Shown: in pieces, positions 10,662-25,229 of the stretch
Position numbering within the stretch: position 1 is the stretch's first letter
Layout: the number at the start of each line of letters is the position of its first letter
DNA from: Zygophlyctis sp. KS116
Lineage: Eukaryota; Fungi; Chytridiomycota
Direction of reading: 5' to 3'
Length of the DNA stretch: 32,000 nucleotides
Assembly: GCA_054661495.1 (NCBI GenBank)
Contig: BAAFSQ010000028.1
Location: forward strand, 30,001 to 62,000
Notes under the pieces: model-generated
Databases searched by the model: none
Told to the model about the DNA's origin: nothing
What the model saw: the letters and a program-made list of their open reading frames with translations, nothing else
Position numbers and translations under genes: made by a program

Positions 10662-13105
10662 ATGCGATTTCAAATAGATGATCTGCCGATTTATTTCCCT
10701 TATGATTACATATATCCTGAACAGTTTCAATATATGAAGGATATAAAATCAGCGCTGGATGCAAAGGGACATTGTCTGCTGGAAATGCCATCAGGGACTG
10801 GGAAAACAGTGTCTCTGTTATCACTCATTGTCGCTTATCAAATGCACTATCCTGAAAAGAGAAAGTTGATTTATTGCTCAAGAACGGTTCCTGAAATAGA
10901 AAAGGCATTGGCGGAACTTCAGAGGCTGATCAAGTACAGATCAGATCAGGGATTAAAGGAGTCTTTTTTGGGATTGGGACTATCATCCAGAAAGAATTTA
11001 TGTATTCATCAAAATGTTTCAAAGGAAAAAAGAGGGGACGTTGTTGATGCTAAATGTAAGGCCCTTACAGCTCCTTGGGTGAGAAAGGAAAATCCAGAAG
11101 TTGATGCGATCATGGAGGATATTGGAAAGGTTCAAAATCAAGAAATACCAGATATTGAATCTTTATGTGCTTATTATGAAACTTTAGAAATTTCTGATCC
11201 AAATCAAATGATTCCATCAGGGGTTTATACATTGGCTGATTTAAAAGAATATGGAAAGAAAACTAGAAAATGTCCATATTATTTGGCTCGGAGGATGATT
11301 CCATATGCTAATGTCGTAATTTACTCTTATCATTATTTATTGGATCCAAAAGTTGCTGAATTTGTTTCAAAGGAGTTGGCGAAAAATTGTATTGTTGTCT
11401 TTGATGAGGCACATAATATTGATAACGTTTGCGTGGAATCGCTTTCTATAGATTTAACAAGATCAATTTTGGATGCAGGATCACGAAGTATAGCCTCTTT
11501 AGGGCAAAAGATTGACAAGTATTTCCTCAATTTTCTAAATTATAGTCTCAAAGAATCAAATTCAGAAAAATTACAAAACGAATACAATAAACTTGTCCAA
11601 AATTTGCGTGATGAACAAATGTCGAGAGAAGAACAGGCTATCCTATCAAATCCCGGTATTTCTATTTATTTTAATCCAAGTACTTCCCGATGACATTTTA
11701 AATGAAAGTATTCCAGGGAATATCAGAAAAGCTGAGCATTTTGTAGCTTTTCTTCGTCGATTTATAGAATATCTCAAGGTAATCATTCATTTTGGCAATA
11801 TTTTAGACACGAATGAGGGTGATGCATGTTGTAGCTGAAACTCCGGTATCGTTTTTACAACACGTTCGAGAAGTAACTTTTATTGAAAGGAAACCATTGC
11901 GGTATACAACTTTATTTTACATTTCAGTTTCTGCTCTGAAAGATTGGCATCTTTAGTTCGGACTCTAGAAATCACAGATTTATCAGAGTATGGGCAGTTA
12001 TCGAAAATTGCTACCTTTGCCACATTAGTTTCAACATACCAAAAAGGATTCATGTTGATTTTGGAACCTTTTGAAAATGATTCGGATACCATTCCCAATC
12101 CTATTCTTCACTTTACGTATACTTTTATTCTTTAATATATTCAGCTGTCTGGACGCTACTCTAGCCATAAAACCAGTATTTGATAGATTCAGCTCGGTGA
12201 TTATAACTTCAGGAACACTTTCTCCTATGGATCTTTATCCTACGCTCCTGGGATTTTCCCCTGTTATCTCTCAATCTTATCAGATGACTCTAACCAGAAC
12301 ATGTTTCCTTCCTATTGTTGTAACAAGAGGGTCAGATCAAGTTCCCGTTTCGTCTAAATTTGAAGTGCGAAATGATTTAGCTGTGGTTAGAAATTATGGT
12401 TCTCTACTCTTGGAGTGTGTTAAAATTGTTCCTGATGGTCTTGTGGCCTTCTTCCCTAGTTACTTGTATCTAGAATCTATTGTTTCTGCGTGGAATGAAC
12501 TGGGCATGATCCAAGACATTCTAGCATATAAACTTGTTTTCATTGAAACTCCTGATCCTGCAGAAACATCAGTTGCTCTTGAAAATTACAGAAAGGCATG
12601 TGACAATGGTAGAGGAGCAGTATTATTATCTGTTGCGAGAGGAAAAGTCTCTGAAGGAGTTGATTTTGACCATCATTATGGCCGAGCAGTGATTCTTTTT
12701 GGAATTCCTTATCAGTATACAGAATCTCGAATCCTTAAAGCTAGACTTGAATACCTTCGAGATCATTTCCGGATCAGAGAGAATGATTTTCTATCATTTG
12801 ATGCAATGCGTCATGGCGCACAATGTGTTGGCAGAGTTCTTCGTGGAAAGACTGATTATGGAATAATGATATTTGCTGATAAAAGATACTCTCGACGAGA
12901 AAAAAGATCAAAATTACCCAAATGGATATCATCAGAGATGCCAGAAGGAGTAGTTAACCTCTCTACTGATGTTGCAGTTCAAATGTCCAAACATTTTCTC
13001 AAAGTCATGGCACAACCTTTTGAAAGATCACAACTAGGAACCAGTCTTTGGGATGAAGAATTTATTAAAAATTCTCAAAAAGAAATAGCAAACAAGATCA
13101 TCTAG
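10662..13105 (+). CDS. RAD3: TFIIH Fe-S DNA helicase XPD/Rad3/ERCC2
   Basis: [20 protein letters not shown], four Fe-S cysteines, [26 protein letters not shown] and [14 protein letters not shown]. Introns 11519-11545, 11656-11680, 11779-11806, 11902-11927 and 12117-12144. Confidence 0.97.
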
Positions 13106-13404
13106 ACCATTTCTCTGCAAATCTACTATTTGGATTGTAAAGCTTTGTAGTTTGATGCTGTCCGACTGATTGCCATGGTTGGGGATTGGATCTATTGTTA
13201 GAAATTGCAAGCGAAATCAGTTTAAAAGATTCTCCTCATTATTTTTCGGAGAGATTCCCATTTTTATCATCATTTATCAACTTACTTTCTGGCCCAGATG
13301 ATATCCTGATCTCTGACCTTATGACTGGCAAAAGCGACAAATCCAGCGCCGGTTAAGCCCATCATGAAGAAGAGGGGGTAGACTCCAACAGGGACCTTGC
13401 TCAT
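13098..13404 (-). CDS. NDUFA4/COXFA4 (MLRQ/B12D family) small mitochondrial membrane protein, 70 aa
   Basis: Exons 13404-13286 and 13191-13098 give [70 protein letters not shown]. It shows the PLF-TM-D..W.R.NP.PW pattern of the family. Confidence 0.82.
13192..13285 (-). other. 94-nt spliceosomal intron hosting a snoRNA
   Basis: GTAAGT donor, CTAAC branch point and TAG acceptor. Removal restores the NDUFA4-like reading frame. Confidence 0.9.
13213..13277 (-). ncRNA. Intronic box C/D snoRNA, SNORD79(U79)-like
   Basis: Minus strand reads C box ATGATGA (13273-13267), guide ATGGGAATCTCT, D' CCGA, C' ATGAGGA and D box CTGA (13220-13217). The guide is complementary to the conserved LSU rRNA sequence GAGAUUCCCA. 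It lies in the only long intron of the window (13192-13285). Confidence 0.88.
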
Positions 13405-13466
13405 TTGTTTAATTTTTTTTGAGCCGTCCGTCCGACTCCCACCCCCTGAAGTGGCGTTTGTTCGCA

Positions 13467-15010
13467 ATGGATCAGGCACTAGAAATCATTAAAGCACAGC
13501 CGTCTGCCATTCTATGGGATGTTGGGCATATGTTACTAAATCTTACAAGGAGGGACTTTCTTGCGCTGTTGCCGATTGAAATTTCATTGGCAATTCTCAG
13601 TCTAACGGATGCAGAGACCCTCTCAAGAGTATCTAGAGTTTCAAAAATTCATCATGATTTATGTCTGGACAGATCGATCTGGAGAACATTGTATTTTAGA
13701 AAAGGGTATAAAGTTGATTCGCCGTTTCTTTTAAATTCATTGCAGGAGTTGTATCAGTTTAGAAATGTTTCGGATAATATTTTTGTAAATGTAAATCGGC
13801 CAACTGAAAATTTAAATGATATCACTTATGGAACTTTGGAAAGAAATAATATTGGGAATTTTAGAGGAGTAGACACAAAATTTCAACCATTGGAAGTTTC
13901 AATGGATTTTATTCATGTAAAAGATGGAGAGTTGCTTTCGCCTCATGATGCGGTTGTTGATTGGAAATGGATTTATAGGCAACGATTAGAATTAGAGAGG
14001 AATTGGTCTACGCCTCATAGATTTGATGAACAGTCTGGGCAATGGGTGGTTCATGGATATAGGTCTTTTGAATTTGTTGGGCATGAAGATGCAGTCTATT
14101 GTTTACAATTTGATAGGGATAAAATTGTTAGTGGGAGTAGAGACGGTAATATTTTACATGTAATAAGAAGACACCATAAAAATTTGGGATATGGATACAA
14201 AGGGATGTATTCAGGTTCTTACTGGACATACTGGATCTGTTTTATGTTTACATTATGATGAAAATTATCTTGTTAGTGGTTCTTCAGACTCTACTATTAT
14301 TATTTGGTCATTGATATCAGGATCTCTCATAAAAAGGTTATATGGACATTCAGAATCAGTTCTAGGTATATATAGTCTTGATAATTCTTAGGGATAAAGA
14401 TTGCTCAAGATAATATAATTTCTTGTTCAAAAGATGCAAGTATAAAAATATGGGATTTCGACTCGGGGAGGTTGATAAGGACTTTGAATGGGCATAGAAC
14501 TGCTGTGAATGCAATTGAATATAAAAATGGATTGATTGTTTCTGCTTCGGGAGATCGTACAATTAAGATATGGAGTTTAGCTTCTGGTGAAGAATTAAGG
14601 ACAATTTCCGGACATTTAAGGGGTATTGCTTGTATTCAGTTTGACGGAAAGCTCATTGTTTCCGGATCATCCGATCAAACAATTCGAGTTTGGTAAATTT
14701 TTTTAATTTCCTGATAAACAGGGATGTACAATCAGGATTGCTTCTTAAGACTTTACAAGGACATACAGAAGTGGTTCGTACATTACAGTTTGACTCTGAT
14801 AAGGTAATATCAGGGTCATATGATGGAACTGTTCGTATCTGGAACATAAAGACTGGAGATTGTATGCTAAAACTACCACATCATTCAAATTCAAGAATAT
14901 TTAAAGTAATATTCAATGACACTAAAATTGTTTCATGTTTACAAAGTGGACTCATCGTCATCTATAATTTTGCCCATAATATCCCCCATTATAAAATATA
15001 CGAAGTCTAA
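13467..15010 (+). CDS. F-box/WD40 protein (beta-TrCP/FWD-1/Pof11-like SCF substrate receptor)
   Basis: F-box RRDFLALLPIEISLAILSLTD, DWKWIYRQRLELERNW, and WD40 repeats GHEDAVYCLQFD, GHTGSVLCLHYD and GHLRGIACIQFD. Introns 14146-14170, 14366-14391 and 14693-14721. Confidence 0.9.
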
Positions 15011-16737
15011 TCCTCTTCTTCTCTAAGTTTTCGTTTATAATAACCTAAAGCAGCTTTGAAACCTGTTAGATATGATTGATCGATAAGATTATCATCAAAT
15101 TCCCCTAAAGGAGACTCCATCCCAAAATTATAAAAGAGGCCTTGAACAAATCCTTCTTGCCAATTCCATTCAACTTCAGTCTCCCTATTCTGATCAACTT
15201 CCATCATTGTGTCTGGTGATTTAAATTTACTACCAGAAGGAGAGCTTGCTTCATTTAGACGTCTAACCACTGAAATAAACGAGACATCATCTATTCTATC
15301 TGAGAACGTAGCATCAGCTCTAGGAGAATTCATGGTTGCATCCTTTTCTAAAATTAAATCGTCTATAGAATTAAGCTCTGGGCTTCTTGGTTCAGCTGAA
15401 AGAGGAATATTGACATTAATTTTTCTCTTGGTGCCTGAATGATTAGAAAAAGGTTCCTTCCGAGCTTCCAAGACTGCCGAACTCTCTGAAGGTTCACTGT
15501 TCAAATGCATGGATGACTTTCCTTTTTCTATTATTGTAGGATCAACTTTATCTTCGATTACAATGACCTCTTGTGAATGGGATGGTTTGTTTCCGCCTAA
15601 AGAAATCCTTTTAGAAGAAACGATATGTGCTTTCTCTATAGATTCAATTTTCTCAAGAGTTCCAGATGATTCGGGTCTTGTGGACTGATTTTTACTTGAA
15701 TTACTTAATCCATCCATCCCTATATCCCGGACTTGTTTAGGAGCCAAATTTTGCAGATTTTGAGCTATCTGCACTTGCTGAGATTGTGGTAATTGCTGAG
15801 ACTGCTGAGCTAAATTGCCCAAATCTTTTCCCAATTGACCCTGCGTCAATCTTGTCCGTCGATATTCCGTAATATATGCATCTAAAGTTCTCCTCTGAGG
15901 ACCTGATATCAAGCCGAAACCAGCTGGTAAGTGAATTTGATTATAATGCTCATTAAATACCTTTGACATATCAGCCAACATCTTCATATCTTGATGTGAC
16001 GGATTTGGCGATTGTGTTTGAAATGAGTATTTTAACCTAATGTTATTGCCCATATCAAAAAATATAGACTTTTTCAATATAGCAAGAATTAAAGATTCAT
16101 GAGGATCTTGTACTAATGACGCCTGATCTACTAATATCTTGAGCTCCGCATTAAGACTTCTCATCTCCTTCTCTAATGCTGCATAAACATTAGCAAATGC
16201 TGCATTTACCACTGGAGTAGTTTTGACTGCGGTGGGTTGATTAGCTGCTTTAGAATTATTCAGAGTTGAGCTAGGAGGTTGAGTAGCTGGCATCCAAGAC
16301 TTGATCGGAGCTGATTTTATCTGTGGGATTTTACTCTTAATATCAGGCAAAACTTTTAATAGCAAATCGGCTCCTGGTTGCTTTTGAGCCGCAAGCAACC
16401 TATATAGCACCGACTTAAATTCCTTTTCATCAGGATAGCTGATTTGAAGTTGTTCAATCAGAGACTTTGCATGTGCCAATCCAATGATCATCTAGAATAA
16501 TTAAACATTAATAAGTACCTGCGGAAGAAAAGTTTTTGGCAATTTCTGACAGATATCTGGTGGGATATCCACAAGCGCAGTCAATGGATGGGTTGCATTG
16601 ACTTTGATAAAATTCCCAACAACATTCATTGCCGGCTCCTGATTGTGCCGATTGAGAGCCATGGTTTGTGATTTTGGGTTTAGGAGCTTTTTGACAGGCG
16701 AATACGCCACCAATTCCGATAATTTCTCATTTTCCAT
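15007..16737 (-). CDS. Hypothetical protein (about 567 aa) with Q-rich and S-rich low-complexity regions
   Basis: ORFs 16501..16737 and 15007..16491 are joined in frame by intron 16492-16518. No family recognised. Confidence 0.7.
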
Positions 16738-16781
16738 TCACTATATTCAATAGCGACTAGGTTCAAATTAGAGTCTTCGGA

Positions 16782-18526
16782 CTATAGAAATCTATTCAAA
16801 GAATCATCAGATTCTAAATCTCCCTTCTTAAAAATCCTCTTCTCCTCGAAATTTTCAATGACCGAAGGGCCAATTTCATTGATGAGTCCTCTAATTCGAT
16901 GAGAAAGTGTTTTTCTGATCTGAGTTATCTTTGTCTTTCTTGAAAGTGATAGCATTAGTGGATATATTCGTAAAAAAGATTCAAAAGCGACATCTGAAAC
17001 TAGAAGAGTAACCAAGGATGCTACAGGAGTTAAAAATATCGCAGAGATTGTAAAGTCGACAGATTTAGTGATAAAATACGCAAGAAATGTGTAAAATACA
17101 ATACATACAGGTGTAATAATGACGGTAGTTAAGATTTTCCATGTCGCCTTGATTTTAAGAATTTATAAATTACAATCACATCACTACCAGTTATTTTTAC
17201 CAAAGATCCTGCTAAAGCTTGTTTTGCTTTAGCATAAGATACATAAGAAGTAACAAAATATATAGGGCTAAAAAGAATGAGTCCTGGGAGAGCAAATACA
17301 AGACATATACTGAAAATGAGAATCTGATTAATGAGACGCATCAATGCACGATATGGATTTTCAGTTAATAGCTTGACTTGATGATCACTTAAACCAAAAA
17401 TATGGAGCATGCGATTATATTCTGCAACGCTGGCTCTCAATGAAATGACTCTAGGATCATCCTTGCATTTTTCATAACCTAAAGCAATCGCCCTTGCAAT
17501 CAAAAGCGACTCTTCAGGAGATATAAATGCTCTTGATGGGGTATATAATCTCCGAGTAGTTTGAATAATCTTGAATGAATAAAGTTTTTTTACCTGTAAC
17601 ATTTCAAAATTTGGGGCATTTAATGTAATTTCTTCCAAACTGTCATGAACTACTTCCATAAATTTACTAATAGCTTCTTTCTTTAAATCACCTCCTTTTC
17701 CATACATCTCGACTATCTTGTCGTCAATAACTATTGGCCTCCCGTACTCTACTACAGCCCGTGATCTAAACTTGTGAGCTCGAAAATAATTAAGCCCAAC
17801 AGGAATAATAGTTAAATTAACCAATGGATATTCTGATAATACATTTAATGCCATAATTGCCACTCCTGGTTTTAAGGGTAACAGTTCTGATCTATCATGA
17901 CTTCCACCCTCGGGAAAAATACCGACGCACTTATTTTCCGCTAATCTTCTGGTCACATTTAGAAACATACTTGACTGATCTACTCTTGGAGTAATTTCAT
18001 AGCCCAGGGCCGCATTATTTGCATTATTTGGGTAATCAGTTCCTATTGGACTTTTTCTAACTTCTAACTGATCATCACCAATAACGGACGACACGACCAA
18101 AGTGTCCGTCCCCCTGATTGATATTAGATCACCATTTTGAATTTGATTCTTAAAAGCTGTACCGATTCCTCTTAAATAATTTGACTGATTGTCCCAGTAT
18201 ATCCTCCCCTGACCAACTTTAGCCAAATCCTGAGGTCGTTCAACAGATATTGAATCTAAACAGCGGGCTATAAACCCAATAAATCTTTTTCGCATGCTAG
18301 AAGCGGCCGCTAAAAAACCAATTCTTCGTTTAGATGTGATCTGAAGCATGCAAGGATCAATAAATTGATTTGCATGGGGAGCGGCTATGAACAGAACGGG
18401 TCCGCTCATTGGAACAAATCTAAATCCTCTAACAGAAACCTTGAAAAATAGTTTAAGTATGATTTTCAAAACAAGAATAAGTAAATCGTACCAAAAATCC
18501 ATTGACGCCCACCTACGCTCAATCAT
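16782..18526 (-). CDS. Glycerol-3-phosphate/DHAP O-acyltransferase (Sct1/Gpt2-like)
   Basis: AAPHANQFIDP (HxxxxD), VERPQD, GIFPEGGSHDR, GLNYF.AHKFRSRAVVEYG and DVIATWK. Introns 17570-17593 and 17148-17173. The start may be 18502. Confidence 0.92.
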
Positions 18527-18605
18527 TTCTTACAAGTCTACAACTTATGTCTGATCATTGATCTGAGTCAATCCATTTTAATAATGATTATATATATTAA
18601 TAAAA

Positions 18606-20047
<1,442 letters not shown>

Positions 20048-20053
20048 ATCTTG

Positions 20054-20083
20054 TGTTGGCTGCTTTTATATGTTGGCTGCTTT
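20054..20083 (+). repeat. 13-nt direct repeat TGTTGGCTGCTTT x2
   Basis: Exact copies at 20054-20066 and 20071-20083, upstream of the kinase ATG. Confidence 0.85.
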
Positions 20084-20114
20084 CATCATATAACGGCTGA
20101 TGATTACTGATAAT

Positions 20115-20143
20115 ATCATTCTTGATGCGAATGCAAGAATGAT
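20115..20143. repeat. 10-bp perfect inverted repeat (hairpin)
   Basis: ATCATTCTTG, 9-nt loop, CAAGAATGAT. Confidence 0.8.
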
Positions 20144-20169
20144 GCTGATAAGTTGTGGCGCGATGTACC

Positions 20170-20199
20170 ATTGGACAGTAAGTACTTTGATTGGACAGT
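20170..20199. promoter_or_regulatory. Tandem ATTGGACAGT x2 (inverted CCAAT boxes) in a bidirectional promoter region
   Basis: Copies at 20170-20179 and 20190-20199, exactly 20 nt apart. Function is inferred. Confidence 0.5.
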
Positions 20200-20307
20200 T
20201 ATGACTAATGCAATTGTATGAATAGAATCAAAAATCTAGATAGATTATTAATGATGCTGTCGATAGTATCATCTTTACAATTTGTCAAATTTGATTAAAA
20301 AGCAAAG

Positions 20308-21087
20308 ATGGAACATGATTATTACGAGCTTTTAAATATCTCTATAGATGCTAGTAAAAAGGAAATACAAAGGGCTTATAGACTAAAGGCTCTCACCTGC
20401 CATCCAGACAAGGTTGGGGATGATCCGAAAGCTGCTGCTCTATTTCATAAATTATCTGTTGCTATAGATATATTGTCAAATGAGACTTTAAAGAGGGAAT
20501 ATGATTTAAAATACAAGGCACATTTTGCTACTCTTTCAAGAGTTAAATCAATGGATGCTGCTAGACAGGCGGCTAGAGAAAAACTTGAAAAACTTGAAAA
20601 AAGTGGGCAAGATAAGGAAGCTAAGAGAAAGTATGATCTAGAGATACTCTCCAAAATTCAGCAGGAAGATAGTCGTGGGATGGAGTTTTTGCTGGAAGAA
20701 TTGAAAATGGCTCATGCTGTTCCTGTAAATGATCGTATGGATGCAATTATCAAGGTTAAATGGGATCAAGAACAATCTGTAGATAAGGAATTATTAAAGA
20801 ATAATATCTCTAATTTGGAAAGAGTCATATTGAGTGGATCTGGGAAAAGAAGAGCTTCCCTAATTTTTAGAAGAGTTGGTGATGCTATATCTTTTATGAA
20901 ATCTACAAAGTCAAGTGTATTGCAGAACCTTGTTTTTTTTTGGGCTAATGGATTTGAACCGGTTTTGACTGTTCCGGATCAGAGTAGTAAACTTAAATCT
21001 GTACAACCATTGCAAGATTATGAGCATTTTACTCTCCTAAAAATGAGAGAAAGGGGGATTCTTATTAGCAGTAAGAATAATATCTAA
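20308..21087 (+). CDS. J-domain spliceosomal co-chaperone DNAJC17/Cwc23-like
   Basis: J domain with HPDK, a charged helix, an IKVKW-initiated RRM-like segment and a C-terminal DYEHFTLLKMR. Confidence 0.8.
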   Translation: MEHDYYELLNISIDASKKEIQRAYRLKALTCHPDKVGDDPKAAALFHKLSVAIDILSNETLKREYDLKYKAHFATLSRVKSMDAARQAAREKLEKLEKSGQDKEAKRKYDLEILSKIQQEDSRGMEFLLEELKMAHAVPVNDRMDAIIKVKWDQEQSVDKELLKNNISNLERVILSGSGKRRASLIFRRVGDAISFMKSTKSSVLQNLVFFWANGFEPVLTVPDQSSKLKSVQPLQDYEHFTLLKMRERGILISSKNNI

Positions 21088-21134
21088 ATTTTGCATTTGT
21101 ATTGAAATCTTAAAACTAAAATAATTGATCTTCT

Positions 21135-23593
<2,459 letters not shown>

Positions 23594-23656
23594 AAGAATC
23601 AAATGCAATCGAAATCAAGTTATCGGAAATATTATTGTTAAAGACTGACGTCGCCA

Positions 23657-24738
23657 TCATTTCTTCAAATTGTACTCTTTATACAATTTCTCAATCTTTT
23701 CAACCTCTTCAGCAGTCCCAAGAAAAATAGCAGATCTAGCATGTATAGAAGAAGGAGTAAGATCTAAAATTCTGGAAACACCATTAGACGCCTTTCCTCC
23801 CGCAACTTCAATCAATTTGGCCATTGGGAAGCATTCATAGAGCATTCGTAATTTTTCCCCAGGATACATAAAAATCCCACCATAAAGTAAAGTTCGATGA
23901 AGCTATAATTTTAAAACTTGTAAAATACATCAGCTGCCATTGAACCAACATACCGTGCAGAGTACGGCTTAAATGTTTTTTCTTCTCCCGGTGGAGAAAA
24001 CTTTACAGAATCAATATAACTTTTGACTGCAGGATTAAAAGAACTTGCATTTCCTTCATTTACAGAATATATTTTCTTTTTGCCTAGTTTTATCTAATGT
24101 TACAAATAAAATTACATTCTTATGAGTCAGCAAAAATTCGCCAATATTTGGATCCAATGTATATCCATTTACACTCATACCAGTGGTAATCACCATAACT
24201 GTTGATGAACCATACATGCAGTATCCGGCAACCAAAACGTCCTTTCCTGGGCGTAAAACATCTTCCAATCCAGGTTTATCATTTTTTTTCTACCTTTAGT
24301 AAAATAAATTACAGCCTTGTATATTCCAAAAATTGTCCCAATAGAGACTCCACAATCAATATTGGATGAGCCATCGAGCGGATCAAAAACGACAACATAA
24401 TGTCCTTTTTCTTTGTCATCAACGATTATAAGTTCCTCATTCTCTTCTGAAACCAAAAGCGCCGTCTTACCGGTACTTTTTAATAAGTGAATCATGATTT
24501 CATTCGACAGTATATCCAATTTCTGAACATTTTCATTTTGGACATTTGTAGATCCAGTCATTCCAATTACTTTGAGTAATTCCGCCTTTCTCACCACGTT
24601 CGAAATCCATTTGCATGCGGATGATATCGCAGTGAGTAAGATTGATAAGTCTCCCGTTGCTCCTGGATGCAGTTTCTGCTCTTTAAGAATATCCTGCGTA
24701 AGCGTAGTAATATCGGTCTTCAAGTCATTATTTGACAT
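23657..24738 (-). CDS. FBP1: Fructose-1,6-bisphosphatase class I
   Basis: [43 protein letters not shown] and [12 protein letters not shown]. Introns 24290-24312, 24094-24115 and 23903-23928. Confidence 0.97.
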
Positions 24739-24809
24739 TACAAAAGTTTGAGAGGGTCAAAAGTCGGTCGGGTTTTAGGACAATTTGAAGCTGCTCAAAT
24801 GTTTAATTA

Positions 24810-25178
24810 TTATACATGTTTCTTTATATTGGTTTGGATTTGTAATTCTTCTGTTGTACAAGATTCAACCTAAAAGTAAGTAAATATAACGATTACCTGT
24901 TTGACTAAATCTGAAATCTGATTACATGAAACACCGCTTAGAAAAGCATCCGATGTATACATTAGTTTTTGAATTCCAAGAATACTGTTTATAAATTCAG
25001 TTTGACTTTTATAATCACAATTAATAACTTGATTGTTTGTGCATTTGTAATTGTGGATATTATTAATATTGTCCAAAAGATTCATACAGCTGTCAATAGT
25101 GTTTTTAGAGGGTGCAGTAGGAGTAGATGCATTCAAAAGAGTCAAAATGTCTGTAATGTCCGAAAATGTAGACTGCAT
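24810..25178 (-). CDS. Small hypothetical protein (about 113 aa)
   Basis: ATG at 25178 (MQSTFSDIT...) and a clean 27-nt intron 24870-24896 (cag|gtaatc...ttttag), continuing VESCTTEELQIQTNIKKHV*. Confidence 0.6.
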
Positions 25179-25229
25179 TTTCCTAAAAATCGGACAAACG
25201 CGCACACGTAAAAACTGCAAAAATCGCGA

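Noticed and set aside
13405-13479. N-terminal extensions of ORFs 13282..13479 and 13419..14258
   Set aside because: They overlap each other across the divergent promoter. The family-consistent starts are 13404 and 13467.
16757-16782. Possible third stop-overlapping intron at the GPAT->orphan junction (gtccga...cctag)
   Set aside because: The donor GTCCGA is poor compared with the GTA-type donors that dominate here, and splicing would lead to a stop two codons later.
20095-20150. Box C/D snoRNA or SECIS element in the kinase/DNAJC17 gap
   Set aside because: TGATGA and CTGA are present, but I recognised no rRNA guide or C'/D' pair. There is no UGA-containing selenoprotein, and the location is not a 3'UTR.
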